Part shown: positions 41,901-49,853 of the stretch, piece by piece
How the letters are laid out: each line of letters begins with the position of its first letter
How positions within the stretch are numbered: position 1 is the first letter of the stretch
NCBI GenBank assembly: GCA_963514005.1
Contig: OY740814.1
Span: 7,750,001 to 7,814,000 of the forward strand
Length of the DNA: 64,000 nt
Source: Raja brachyura
Taxonomy: Eukaryota
Reading direction: 5' to 3'
The notes under the pieces: model-generated
Database searches by the model: none
The model's input: only the letters and a program-made list of their open reading frames with translations
Told to the model about the DNA's origin: nothing
Made by a program: the position numbers and the translations under genes

Positions 41901-42474
41901 TTGATAATTTAATGTTGAAATCACATAGAATGTGCAGAGTTCCAAGGAACTTGCAGTATCAATTCACCGACTAGATTTGCTCAAGGCTGGGAGTCCTCAC
42001 TCATTCTAGACAACACAGATGATCACAATCTTGCTTTGGTATGGTTAATCCTAACCGGTAGGCTATCTTCTGCTCGAGCTGTTTCCACCTCACAAAAACA
42101 GCAACTTTACCTCGGTGGATAACTCTCCCTAGATTCTAATGTTACCTATTTCATATTTCTTAAATAACATACAAATTAGAACATTTGAACTAAAATAATT
42201 GTAAATAAAGTGTTAACGTAAACTAAATGCATAACGTACACTAAATTGCAGAATGCAAACAGAAGGTAAAGTAAAATAATAAAACTTTAAAATATGGCAT
42301 AAACGTCACCCATGCATTACAGGGATTAGTCATAAAACAATACTTTACCCGGCCTTGCTGAAGGGAACATTCCACACAACCAACTTGGATGTTTCCATGT
42401 TTAGCACCAGGGATGATCTGAACACATTCAAAGTCACTTCCAAGAATGACAATGTCGCAACCTGAAGCGTAGGC
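550..42474 (-). CDS. DMXL2: DMXL2 (DmX-like 2 / Rabconnectin-3 alpha), partial spliced CDS, exons 2-21; gene extends past both window edges
   Basis: 20 exons with GT/AG boundaries and compatible phases give one open frame of about 1616 codons. Motifs such as KHLVHLDWVSKEDGSHILTVGVG, LPLGGSIKQG and GKVGSVLDSRVSIDSNLFVY match recalled DMXL2 better than DMXL1. Confidence 0.93.
894..992 (+). mobile_element. Short Penelope-derived element with hammerhead-like core
   Basis: CTGAAGAAGGGTTTCGGCCCGAAACGTT at 903-930; flanked by a 17-bp direct repeat CCTTCAGTGATACACAG (877-893 and 993-1009). Confidence 0.8.
1150..1281 (-). mobile_element. Short Penelope-derived element, diverged copy
   Basis: Same family sequence (aactgcacatgctgg...gctggagcaactcagcaggacaggcagcatctc...ccttcttt) in reverse orientation. 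Confidence 0.7.
2491..2660 (-). CDS. DMXL2: DMXL2 exon 20 (170 nt)
   Basis: GLSTCHFAWAFHSEAEEELLSMIPAMQKGDPQWSDLKAMGVGWWIRNINTLRKCIEK; acceptor ttttgtag, donor gtacgg. Confidence 0.95.
3463..3634. mobile_element. Penelope-like element relic: inverted terminal segment joined to a reverse-transcriptase fragment
   Basis: Minus-strand terminal repeat (3463-3556) directly abuts plus-strand CPTKLSSTYLDSILSPLVKSLP, which resembles the PLE RT motif CPTELIS.YLDSILSPLV.SLP. Confidence 0.7.
4151..5118. mobile_element. Non-autonomous hAT-type DNA transposon
   Basis: Perfect 8-bp TSD GTTATTAA (4143-4150 and 5119-5126); imperfect TIRs CAGGCACGGA / TCCGCCCCTG; GC-rich interior with no transposase ORF. Confidence 0.8.
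5950..5972. repeat. (AT)n microsatellite
   Basis: Direct reading. Confidence 0.9.
6363..6470 (-). CDS. DMXL2: DMXL2 exon 19 (108 nt with GAG acceptor; 111 nt if the upstream TG is used)
   Basis: GETLDECGLRYLLAMRLHICLLTSLPPVYRLQLLHQG; donor gtagga; acceptor tttattggag. Confidence 0.9.
7300..7700 (-). mobile_element. Decayed DeuSINE-like element (approximate bounds)
   Basis: gtctaatgtctcatccaaaagatggcctctcc and gggatttgaacccagaatcttctg resemble the reverse complement of the Deu core and tRNA-like head. Confidence 0.55.
8062..9747 (-). CDS. DMXL2: DMXL2 exon 18 (large exon, 1686 nt)
   Basis: ORF 8030-9742: HLSSSSIYPVCLAPY...LPQYHPTQLLELMDLGKVRRAKAIL...ENRDKNYS; acceptor ttcttttag, donor gtacgt. 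Confidence 0.97.
10558..10755 (-). CDS. DMXL2: DMXL2 exon 17 (198 nt)
   Basis: EVSTSEKLL...ANLQTASKLILNSKLVYSQQLNLPDGVEVIRATPSA; donor gtaact; acceptor gatgacag chosen by phase. Confidence 0.88.
11707..11993. mobile_element. Fold-back (palindromic) insertion of the Penelope-derived element
   Basis: 14-bp TSD ATTACTTTTCCACA (11693-11706 and 11994-12007); inverted arms span 11674-11915. Confidence 0.85.
12150..12266 (-). CDS. DMXL2: DMXL2 exon 16 (117 nt)
   Basis: GFHAPSFSEKFYLVVIERDKSQSVLHMWHLHLKSEQPRM; acceptor catttcag, donor gtaggt. Confidence 0.92.
12791..12908 (-). CDS. DMXL2: DMXL2 exon 15 (118 nt)
   Basis: CGSNTQLLHVFQEDFILGYKPLEEKINKEQEFSSTQPAQ; acceptor gtttcag, donor gtatgc. Confidence 0.93.
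13430..14650 (+). mobile_element. Degenerate, internally deleted CR1 LINE (ORF1 esterase-like and endonuclease remnants) with a nested Penelope-derived fragment
   Basis: VYISTNDLSRKRDEILQSEYR..GRLKSRT resembles CR1 ORF1; gtgggcgactttaacttccccaatat encodes the APE motif VGDFNFPNI; PWMTKEI motif. Confidence 0.8.
14740..14829 (-). CDS. DMXL2: DMXL2 exon 14 (90 nt)
   Basis: KLVGEVFNIVSQQSTARPGCIIELDVITAQ; acceptor tttttgcag, donor gttaga. Confidence 0.95.
15674..15795 (-). CDS. DMXL2: DMXL2 exon 13 (122 nt)
   Basis: GTYCNSASACFVASDGQNLRLYQAVVDARKLLDELSDPEIS; acceptor cctttag, donor gtgagt. Confidence 0.95.
16114..16328 (+). mobile_element. 5'-truncated HE1-type V-SINE
   Basis: V-domain ttgtacgttctccccgtgacc...ccacactccaaagacatgcagg and taaactaaac tail. 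Confidence 0.8.
17346..18000 (-). CDS. DMXL2: DMXL2 exon 12 (655 nt)
   Basis: VAFSSRIPVAFPTGDANSLSRNIMMYAC...FRYCGHRFHLNDLACHSVLPLLLTSSHHNAL...NVAWLPTLIPSYCL; acceptor attttag, donor gtgagt. Confidence 0.97.
18630..18990 (-). mobile_element. CR1 LINE 3' fragment
   Basis: Typical CR1 3' UTR (acagcatggaaataggcccttcggcccaactc...cctatccatgta) in reverse orientation. Confidence 0.75.
19709..19971 (-). CDS. DMXL2: DMXL2 exon 11 (263 nt)
   Basis: EPEETSEKG...VPLPTILLDRNIETLQTEWNKNADMLFTIHPIDGSFLVWHVKYLDEYHPGIFRQVQ; acceptor ttgtcacag, donor gtacag. Confidence 0.94.
20100..20555 (+). mobile_element. CR1 LINE 3' fragment interrupted by another repeat (about 20205-20390)
   Basis: gagggtggtgatctgtggaattcattgccacag...gggccgaatggcctaattctgctcct. 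Confidence 0.75.
22851..23230. mobile_element. MITE, probably PIF/Harbinger
   Basis: About 55-bp TIRs GCCCCTGTCCCACTTAGGA...CCTTGCCCGCCACCC mirrored at 23173-23230; 3-bp flanking duplication CAA. Confidence 0.8.
23843..24049 (-). CDS. DMXL2: DMXL2 exon 10 (207 nt)
   Basis: DIPPALAGTAFNIEEGGGNFVVHWLNNKELHFTSSIEIFMEHLRKL...LRLKLDT; acceptor tgcacag, donor gtgagc; phase fits exon 11. Confidence 0.92.
25130..25662 (-). mobile_element. Young 5'-truncated CR1 LINE
   Basis: ORF2 C-terminus RKDILAIEGVQRRLTRLIPGMAGLSYAERMEQLGL plus a 3' UTR ending in a ctattgt repeat. Confidence 0.92.
26119..26290 (-). CDS. DMXL2: DMXL2 exon 9 (172 nt)
   Basis: TIHHLKHLSGRRRSSVLTAHMEV...ANALCHFHIAASINPNT; acceptor ttttgcag, donor gttggc. 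Confidence 0.94.
26825..27180 (+). mobile_element. Penelope-like element 3' region (pyrimidine-rich UTR plus degenerate terminal motif)
   Basis: C/T-rich tract ending in cagtctgaagggtcctgactgaaaagtcacc...gatgctgcctgg. Confidence 0.65.
27600..27877. mobile_element. Tc1/mariner-derived MITE, almost entirely TIR
   Basis: CAGTGCCC...GGGCACTG|TA ends and long inverted arms of over 100 bp; the left arm lacks about 22 bp present in the right arm. Confidence 0.85.
28061..28265. mobile_element. Fold-back insertion of the Penelope-derived element (older)
   Basis: Inverted arms meeting at cccttcttcagacccgaag; diverged flanking duplication ttcagatagactaggt / ttcagagagagtaggt. Confidence 0.75.
28415..28598 (-). 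CDS. DMXL2: DMXL2 exon 8 (184 nt)
   Basis: SSVCNVLLTSCRDGVCRLWAETLLPEDS...KDKIHHALE; acceptor cttcccag, donor gtaatt. Confidence 0.95.
28975..29270 (+). mobile_element. Penelope-like element ORF C-terminus and 3' UTR relic
   Basis: LEQHFIFHTSRLQHNGTNI resembles the PLE C-terminal LEEQHLIF.LG.LQP.GMNI; followed by a UTR similar to 26825-27000. Confidence 0.6.
29490..29657. mobile_element. Partial Harbinger-type MITE (right end)
   Basis: Ends in TAAGTGGGACAGGCCCT|TTA, the same TIR type as 22851-23230; CpG-rich interior. Confidence 0.65.
30030..30480 (-). mobile_element. Decayed RTE-clade LINE 3' fragment (a second piece lies on + at about 30700-30960)
   Basis: Broken translation resembling RTE ..SEL..GKR..GR.RKRFNDV.K...NIPTD..ESL; the plus-strand piece resembles QLRWAGHV. 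Confidence 0.55.
31222..31400 (-). CDS. DMXL2: DMXL2 exon 7 (179 nt)
   Basis: DDSLLKVWYLTMGWKSAV...FSFVYLTHPRAVTGFSWRKTSKYMPR; acceptor catgcag, donor gttaga. Confidence 0.95.
31594..31660 (-). CDS. DMXL2: DMXL2 exon 6 (67 nt)
   Basis: TAIPIYLMKWSPDGEYFATAGK; acceptor ttcttag, donor gtaaga. Confidence 0.94.
31836..32210 (+). mobile_element. Decayed near full-length DeuSINE (SacSINE1-like)
   Basis: tRNA-like head (gtcagccatgacatagtggtggc...gagtcag), core gccacctttcagatgaga...ggctaatatttatc, tail aatataaatgcaa. Confidence 0.65.
33562..33700 (-). CDS. DMXL2: DMXL2 exon 5 (139 nt)
   Basis: GNQLLTATDHLQLWSPPSSDVLEEE...LNDWKCIWQCK; acceptor ctgcaaag, donor gtaagt. Confidence 0.94.
34600..34885 (+). 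mobile_element. Rex1/Babar-like LINE fragment
   Basis: Similar to 37381-38020; LTGCISAWYGSCSA motif. Confidence 0.65.
34965..35575 (-). mobile_element. Non-coding interspersed retro-repeat with a LINE-type tail
   Basis: CpG-rich block; the minus strand ends in gtgacaatacattgaccttgaa; its tail region recurs at about 20250-20380. Confidence 0.6.
36105..36183 (-). CDS. DMXL2: DMXL2 exon 4 (79 nt)
   Basis: VLNYQWQKRGQFFLQSMAYNLAWDPQ; acceptor aactgcag, donor gtaact. Confidence 0.94.
36640..37090 (+). mobile_element. CR1 LINE 3' fragment
   Basis: KLERVPKRFTRTLPGFEGLNYRE-like translation followed by a CR1 3' UTR. Confidence 0.8.
37381..38020 (+). mobile_element. Rex1/Babar-like LINE 3' fragment
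   Basis: KKAHQNLVFLKRLGKFSM and ESILSGCITAWF motifs; gtgacaataaac tail. Confidence 0.75.
40098..40169 (-). CDS. DMXL2: DMXL2 exon 3 (72 nt)
   Basis: IAASYGNTVCIFEPVSLRHYKRKL; acceptor tttatag, donor gtgagt. Confidence 0.94.
40731..40954. mobile_element. Fold-back insertion of the Penelope-derived element
   Basis: Perfect 16-bp TSD CAAGCTCACATCCATG (40715-40730 and 40955-40970); inverted arms around 40809-40815. Confidence 0.88.
41451..41740 (+). mobile_element. HE1-type V-SINE, near full length
   Basis: tRNA-like head with a B-box-like gggatcgatcc, V-domain, CR1-like tail ending taaactaaact. Confidence 0.85.
42349..42474 (-). CDS. DMXL2: DMXL2 exon 2 (126 nt)
   Basis: AYASGCDIVILGSDFECVQIIPGAKHGNIQVGCVECSLQQGR; acceptor tttgacag, donor gtaaag. 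Confidence 0.96.
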
Positions 42475-42859
42475 CTGTCAAAGCAAAGCAGAAATCGCAC
42501 AAATTAATGAAATTCAAACATTTTCTGCCACATAGTTTCATAAAATCAAGGGGGGAACAAAGTATGTTTTTAAAAAAAAATAATGATGACATGAAGTTAA
42601 CGTTAAATCTCAATGTCTTACATCAAGACAGCAACTCTGACAAAACGTGAAAAATAGTTAATACTTATTTTTAAATATTCCTAGTGTATTCAATGAATAC
42701 TTTTACGTGCACATACATTGACACTAATAATACCCAATAATATTGCATGTAAAAATAGTATCTATTCATACATTTCTACACACATACATTTTGCACATGG
42801 CATAGATATGGTAGACAGCGAGACCTTCCCCCCCCCCCCCCCCCCAACCCCAGAGTGGA

Positions 42860-43160
42860 AATTCCCAACACTAGAAGGCGAGAGGGGGAAAGTTTAATGG
42901 AGATGTGAGAGGCCAGTTTTTATTTTATTCTTTAAAAATACAAGAATGGTGGTGACTTGGAACACATTGCCAGAGGTGGTGGTGGAGATAGATGCAACAG
43001 CGGTGTTTAAGAGGCTTTTGGATAGGCACATGGAGTTGCACGGATTAGAGGGATATGGATCATGTGCAGACAGACGAGATCAGTTTAACTTGACATTATG
43101 TTAAGCGCAAACACTGTGTGGAGGGCCCGTTCTTATGCTGTACTGTTTTATGTTATATGA
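42860..43160 (+). mobile_element. CR1 LINE 3' fragment
   Basis: tggaacacattgccagaggtggtggtggag...ttttggataggcacatgg...atgctgtactg. Confidence 0.7.
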
Positions 43161-43289
43161 TTTATGAAGTTGGCGACACAGAAGGGGTGAGTGCCTGCGA
43201 CACACTGTCCGGGGTTGGGGGGGGGGGGGGGGGTGGATTGAAGCAGATATGTTAGTTGTCTTTAAATTACTTTTGGATTGAAAAATGCA

Positions 43290-43620
43290 AATACAGGAGA
43301 ATGGTAGGATATGGGTTGTGCTTGGGTTCTTCTTGGTTCTTGGTTACTTGGTCCTCCAAAATATTCCAACTGGAATTTAAACTTGAGGTGGTGAAGGGAG
43401 GGGTTTAGCCAGAGAGGGTTGTTGGGAAGAAAGTGCCACTTTAAATTTAGTTGCATCTGGCTGGGCAACCGTGGCTTGGTGGAGATTATTCCATGCTTTA
43501 ATAGTGCGTGGAAAGAACAAATTGCTGTACACATCTGTCTTTGAGGCTGGGACCACAAATTGGATCGAATGCCCTCGTCTGCTCCTAATTGGTTTGGGTT
43601 GGTGTAGATCTTGGTAGATA
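43290..43620 (-). mobile_element. 3' end of a CR1-group LINE of a different lineage
   Basis: RSRRGHSIQFVVPASKTDVYSNLFFPRTIKAWNNL; tail with aagaacc-type repeats. Confidence 0.7.
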
Positions 43621-44383
43621 AGTGATGGTCTTGGCATCATGTTCAGCACAGACTGTGCTGCACTGTTCTATCATACCTCTTCAAACTTAAATCCCCTTGG
43701 GGTTTTTTTTCTAATTTTTATTCTATTCTACCTCAGCTGTGCCTGGCTTCAAATAACTATTGTTATTATTGTATTTCTGGATTATCACTCATTTTTATCT
43801 TATTTCAATTTTGTTCCTACTGCGTTAATCTAACCTGCCACACATTAAATAATCAAGTCTACATTTCAAAACACCAGAAGGAATATGTAAAAAAACTGGC
43901 TTAATGTCTAAAGTTGGACGGTAGCATCCATCTGGTTGAAGTGCTTATTTCCAGTATGCAGCAATCTTCTATGTTGGAGAGGGTGACAGGGGATGAAGGC
44001 TGCAACCCAAGACATTGCAGCAGGTCCTGTAGTGCCAGAAATTGGACGATTAGAAGCTGCTTAGAACTTATTGCCTGAAAATAACTGGAAGTTGCTTGAA
44101 AATGCTAGCAGCGGCACACGCAACTGGCAGCATCCCTCAGTTCCTCACCATGGTCATGTTCTCTGCACAAACCAGGTCCCAAATATGCTGGCGGAGCTTC
44201 ACAGATAGTTCCCTGACTCTGCTCCATACTACATCAGTGGCAATAGCACAGACGCTGCAGATTTCTAATACAAAAGCTAGTTGGATGAGTATAGGAACAG
44301 CATGTCCATACATTTCAATGGAGAGGAATGACTGCAAGGGATTTAGACAAGGAAATTGGTTAAAAAATAATTTAACTTGTTGT

Positions 44384-44475
44384 TACACAAAAAGCTGGAG
44401 AAACTCAGCGGGTGCAGCAGCATCTAAGGAGCGAAGGAGATAGGCGACGTTTCGGGTTGAGACCCTTCTTCAGAC
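44384..44475 (-). mobile_element. Short Penelope-derived element with intact hammerhead-like core
   Basis: 14-bp TSD ATTTAACTTGTTGT (44370-44383 and 44476-44489); minus-strand CTGAAGAAGGGTCTCAACCCGAAACGTC at 44473-44446. Confidence 0.85.
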
Positions 44476-44636
44476 ATTTAACTTGTTGTAATTGGTTGTG
44501 TTTTCAATTGATTTTTGTTTTTGTATGTTCTGAATGGCCTGACAAGTTCTTGACACGTTTGCGTTAATAATGACGGGGGGAGATGCATCTTGACCACCTG
44601 CTTTTTGCTGACCATTTCATAGCTACGGTTTGTTCT

Positions 44637-45090
44637 CATAATGATAGGAGTAGAATTAGGCTATTCGGCCCATCAAGCCTACTCCGCCATTCAATCATGG
44701 CGGATCTATCTCCCCCTCTTAACCCCATTCTCCTCCTTTCTCCCCATAGCCCCCAACACCCGTACTAATCAAGAATCTATCTATCTCCGCCTTAAAAATA
44801 TCCACTGACAGCCTCCACAGCCTTCTGTGGCTAAGAATTCCACAGATTCACCATCCTCTGATTAAAGAAATTCCTCCTCATCTCCTGCCTAAAGGAAAGT
44901 CCTTTAATTCTGAGGCTGTGCCCTCTGATCCTAGATTCTCCCACAAGTGGAAACATCCTCTACACATCCACTCTATCCAGGCCTTTAACCATTCTGTAAG
45001 CTTCAATGAGGTCCCCCCTCATTCTTCCAACTACAGGGAGCACAGCCGATAAACGCTTACCATTCTTACGCATTCCTGGGATCATTCTGG
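44637..45090 (-). mobile_element. CR1 LINE 3' fragment
   Basis: Reverse complement of the CR1 ORF2 end and UTR (gaattccacagattcacc, ggctattcggcccatc). Confidence 0.82.
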
Positions 45091-45904
45091 CACACCCAAA
45101 TCACACAAGGCCCTGACAGTTCACGAGGAACTTGCCTTTTCAGATCACAATGATGTTGGGTAACAAGTTATTGCAGGCAAAAAATAAGGGAACTTCCTAA
45201 CATGGTGTCAGGGCACCAACCTCTCCCTCGATGTCAGCAAGATGAACTTGTTATCAACTCCAGGAAGCTTTGTGAAATACCTTTTGGCATCAATCCAATT
45301 GGCATCAATGGGGCTGAAGTGGGGGGATTCACGAGATGCAACCTGGAATGGACAGGTGCAGTTATGAGAAGAGATTGAATAGTCTAGGTATATTCTCACT
45401 GGAACTCAAGAGTTACTGAAGTTTACAAAATTATAAGCAGAGATAGGCTAGATAGACAGAGTTCCCACCCGCACCACAGGATAGTCTGAAATCAGGAACG
45501 AGGAGCACATGTTTAAAGTGAGGGGGGGGGGGGGGGGAGGTTTAAAGGAGATCTGAGGAGTCAGTTTTTCACACAGAGTGGTGAATATCTAGAACAAGCG
45601 GCGCTAGCAGGTGATAGAGGAGAATACAATTACAACATTTAAAAGTCATTTGAATACATACTTTGATAGGAAAGGCATAGGGAGATAAAGCCTAACACAA
45701 GTAAATAGAAGTGGGCTGATAGGGCCTGTATCAGTGCTGCACGGTTCTATGATTTATTCGCTTGTTTGCCTTGGTTTTCTGGATTACTAATTCAGCAACA
45801 AATTCAGGTAGCTTTGCATTATTTTGAATTACCAAGTGATTTTGTTAATGTTGACATACATATCCTCAAATGGTAAACGCACACATGCAGATAACATCAG
45901 TAAT

Positions 45905-46345
45905 CATGAGTCTCTGCGTATCCCTCTGCAAATGGATCCTTGACTTCCTCATCCATAGACCACAGTCTGTTCGAATTGGGAGAAATAACTCTACCTCATT
46001 AACAATCAGTACGGGAGCACCTCAAGGCTGCGTGCTCATCCCCCTGCTCTATACTCATGACTGTGTAGCCGGACACAGTGCGAACTCTATCGTCAAGTTC
46101 GTCGATGACACCACCATTGTTGGGTGAATTACAGATGGTGATGAGTCAAAGTATAGAAGTGAGATCGACTAATTGACCAAATGGTGCCAGCACAACAACC
46201 TGGCTCTCAATATCAGTAAAACAAATGAACTGATTGTGGACTTTGGAAGAGGAAGGATGACATATTCTGTTGTGCTGCAGCAAGTAAGAATTTCATTGTT
46301 CTATCTGGGACATATGACAATAAAACACTCTCGACTCTCTCTTGA
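45905..46345 (+). mobile_element. Rex1/Babar-like LINE reverse-transcriptase fragment
   Basis: [19 protein letters not shown]...[18 protein letters not shown]...[12 protein letters not shown]. Confidence 0.88.
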
Positions 46346-46770
46346 ACACACCTAGCTGCCAGGGTATCCCTCGATATTGAGCACTGCCAGATTTAGTGCT
46401 GAATAAGGAGTGATATCCTCCTGTTTCTCTTCCCACAGATGCTGCTGAATATTTCAGCATTTTCTGTTTTGGCTTGTAGTTCTAGTACCTGCACCAATAA
46501 TCTTAATTACGCATGGATAAATTTTAAAAAGTCAGCTGCTGAAGAAAGCAGACCCATATACTTGTCCAGGACATCATTTTATTGTCATCATCTTCAGATA
46601 AAATGGTTGCATTTAATCTAAAGCACAGAATCAAAACAATACCTATCTTTATATTCTACGCAAATCTTTTCCATCCTACTTTATACGAGCCAATTAGCAT
46701 ATACCTCTACTATATTCTTCTTTCCAAAAGTACTGTATAGTTTCAATATACTTTTTTCAGTACATTAAAG

Positions 46771-47040
46771 ATATAGCATGGAAACAGGCCATCCGACCCA
46801 CCGAGTCCGCCCTGATCACTCCGCACACTAGCACTATCCTACACGCTAGGGACAATTTCCAATTTTTTACCAAAGCCAATTAACCTACAAACCTGTACGT
46901 CTTTGGAGTTTGGGAGGAAACCCAGACAGTCACAGGGGAAAAGTAGAAACTCCATACAAACAGGAGCAGTAGTCAAGATCGGACCCGGGTCTCTGGCGCA
47001 GTAAAGCAGCAACTCTACCGCTGCACCACTGTGCCGTGCC
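46771..47040 (-). mobile_element. HE1-type V-SINE, near full length
   Basis: Reverse-complement homologue of 41451-41740. Confidence 0.85.
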
Positions 47041-47164
47041 AATGTCATCAGGGAGCTTCCCAATATGATGACATACAACTGGGGAATAAAAAAAGACATT
47101 AGCAGAGATCGTTAACTATACCTAGATAGGTTAGCATGGGATCTAATGCAAAGGAGAAACAAAT

Positions 47165-47500
47165 AGAACATTAAAAAAAGTACAGCATGGGAACATGGCC
47201 TTTGGCCCACAATGTCTTTATCGGAAATTATGCCAAGATGAACTAACCACATCTGCCTACATATGATCCATATCCCTCCATATCCATGTGCCTATCTAAA
47301 CGCTTAGCTTGCATCTGCCTCCACCATCACAACTGGCAACACATTCCAGGCACCTGCTACTCTGTATAAAAACACTTGCCCTGCACATCTCCTTTAAACT
47401 TTACCTATCTCATCTTAAAGCTATGCACTCAAGTCTGACATTTCCACCCTGGAGCAGAGATTCTATTTACCCCATCTCTGTCTCTCATAATTTTATGTAA
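47165..47500 (-). mobile_element. CR1 LINE 3' fragment
   Basis: agtacagcatgggaacatggcctttggccc...tccatgtgcctatctaaa. Confidence 0.7.
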
Positions 47501-47859
47501 TTTAAAAAAAAGCTAAAGCAGAGGTTATGAGCTGGTCATCTGCCGTTAAAGGTGGGGGTAGGAAAGGAAAATTATTTAAAATGGCTTGCAATGCAGAAAC
47601 AAAAGGTTATTTCTGCACTCTGTATTGAACCCGAAATAATGGCAATGAGTCCAACAGAATGAAAGAAAGCAATTGAAAATAATGGCCATCATTTTATCTA
47701 AAATGTACCTTTAAATATAGTAATGCACACAGAATTATTGTACATTCTAAAGAATGTTGTGTACATGACAATCAAAGATTAACAATCAGCATATTCTGCA
47801 ATTGCACTCAAAATAAATTTTGCCACTGAAACTCAAAATGCCGCATCCAACATTCCTTA

Positions 47860-49103
47860 AACCCCTGTCTCACGTTGCGAGTTGGCCCACGAGTGACCCC
47901 GAGTTTTCACTCGTGGTGATCACGTACAGCCAACGTAGCCGGAACGTCGGACCTCGCGCGATCAACTTGTCCACTCGTGGCGCTAACGGCAGGTACCCGT
48001 GAAACTTGTGAACTCGTGAAAAAAGTCAAACATGTTTGACTTTTTCCACGAGTCAAATTTAGTGTTCAAGATTAAAACTGAAACATTTAGACTCGTTGTA
48101 AGAACGTAGGGCCCGTGCGTTTAACTTAGTGAATCGTGAGTCTACCGTGGGAACTCTTTAAATTATTTCAGTGCCATTCACGCTCGAGTCTTAATCACAA
48201 AATTTAATTCACCCTAGACTAAATATTCTTTGCTTTTTGGTCATTTTCGTCTTATTTTCCCATGTGTACAATTTTATATATAATGTATATCCTAAAAATA
48301 TGTTAAAAAAACTAGGAGTGAAAAAAAAGGTTTAATTACCACAGGTGTGGAAAATCATTCTATTAGAATGATAAAAAAAAACATTCCAACGTCTAAACAC
48401 TGGGCTTCAGCCCTATCCTACACTTTCTGGGGGTGATTACTGCAGTTATTTATTGGAAAATTAGCTATAAAAACCATGGAGATGAATTAATGGATTTTCC
48501 TGACGCATAGATTTGGTGTTGCGGTCCGACCAAGAGGAGGTGATGTGGACACGGTTTCAGTTATAGTTCTAGAGGAACATTGCTTCGGATCGATGTCTCT
48601 TATGCACTCCTCAGAAGAACTGGGTGTGCTCTTCACCATTATGGCTCCCAGCCTACAGGTTTCTGATCTGAACAACTAACTTCTTCCCTATTTCTCCTCC
48701 ACCCACCCCCCCCCCACCCCCCCCCCCCTATTTCCCTCTCCTCCTCGGCGCTCTTGTTCACTCACACCTTCCCTCCCTCCCTCCCTCTCGCAGGGCTTGG
48801 TTCAAAGGGGGCAACGAGCTAAGCGGGGTCTGAACCCTTTCTGAAAACGAGCGCAAAGAGAAAAAAAAGTATTGTCAAGCGCTCCAAACTTCGTTTAAAA
48901 TAAGTAAATCTGACTTTGGCTAATAATTTAATAATAAATCCTTATACAAAACTAACACCCTACAAACTCTCTGTCTCTCACGCTGCCTGTTGCCTTGTGG
49001 GGGGTGTGTGTCGGAGAGAGGGGGTGTGGGTGTGGAGGGGACCCGATGTGAATGTTACCACTATAGGATGACGAGGTTGGGCTCTGAGCTGCAGTGAGAG
49101 AGA

Positions 49104-49148
<45 letters not shown>

Positions 49149-49853
49149 GTGGGTGTGCACGTCAGCAGCAAAGTTATATACAACGGGGGTTACACAAAAG
49201 GCTGGAGAAACTCAGCGGGTGCAGCAGCATCTAAGGAGTGAAGGAGTAAGGAGATAGGTGACGTTTCGGGTCGAGACCCGAATATACAAAGGGCTTGTAC
49301 GCGCTGGCAAGATAGGTTTCCTTTGTTCTCGTCCGGGGCTTCAGAGAGATCGGAGGGAATTAAGCCTCCCTTGCACACCACTCCCTTGCACACCACTCCT
49401 AACCCAAGAGACTTGTCACCCCAGACAGATTAATGACGCCCCCCCCCCCCACCCTCCCCAACCTCCCTCACGCCTGGGGACCAAAGCAGCTCAGGAGGCG
49501 AACCCTGAGCTCCGTCTCCCAACAATCTGATGCGCATTTTCCCTCTGTAGGTCATATTAATAGATGCAGCCGCACTGATATCTATCTTTAACTCAAAGCC
49601 ACAGGATGGAGATGTTTTCTTTAACATTGTTGCTTTATTAAAACATACCTTCATTCACGGTTGGCTCAAGTGTAACGGGAGAGGAACTTGGTAACACGGG
49701 AGAGCACCTTGGCACATCGTATAAAAACATGCCCGTGGGAACTTGGTTAAAAACTTGACCATAAACTTTGTATCTCGTGCATAACCACGAGTCCGTTTTT
49801 TTTCTTTCACTTGGGGTCACTCTTGGGTGGACTCGCACCGTGAGACAGGGCCT
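47860..49853. mobile_element. About 2-kb non-autonomous PIF/Harbinger-type transposon with nested repeats
   Basis: TTA TSD (47857-47859 and 49854-49856); about 45-bp imperfect TIRs AACCCCTGTCTCACGTTGCGAGT.. / ..ACTCGCACCGTGAGACAGGGCCT. Confidence 0.78.
49095..49149. repeat. (GA)n microsatellite
   Basis: Direct reading. Confidence 0.9.
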
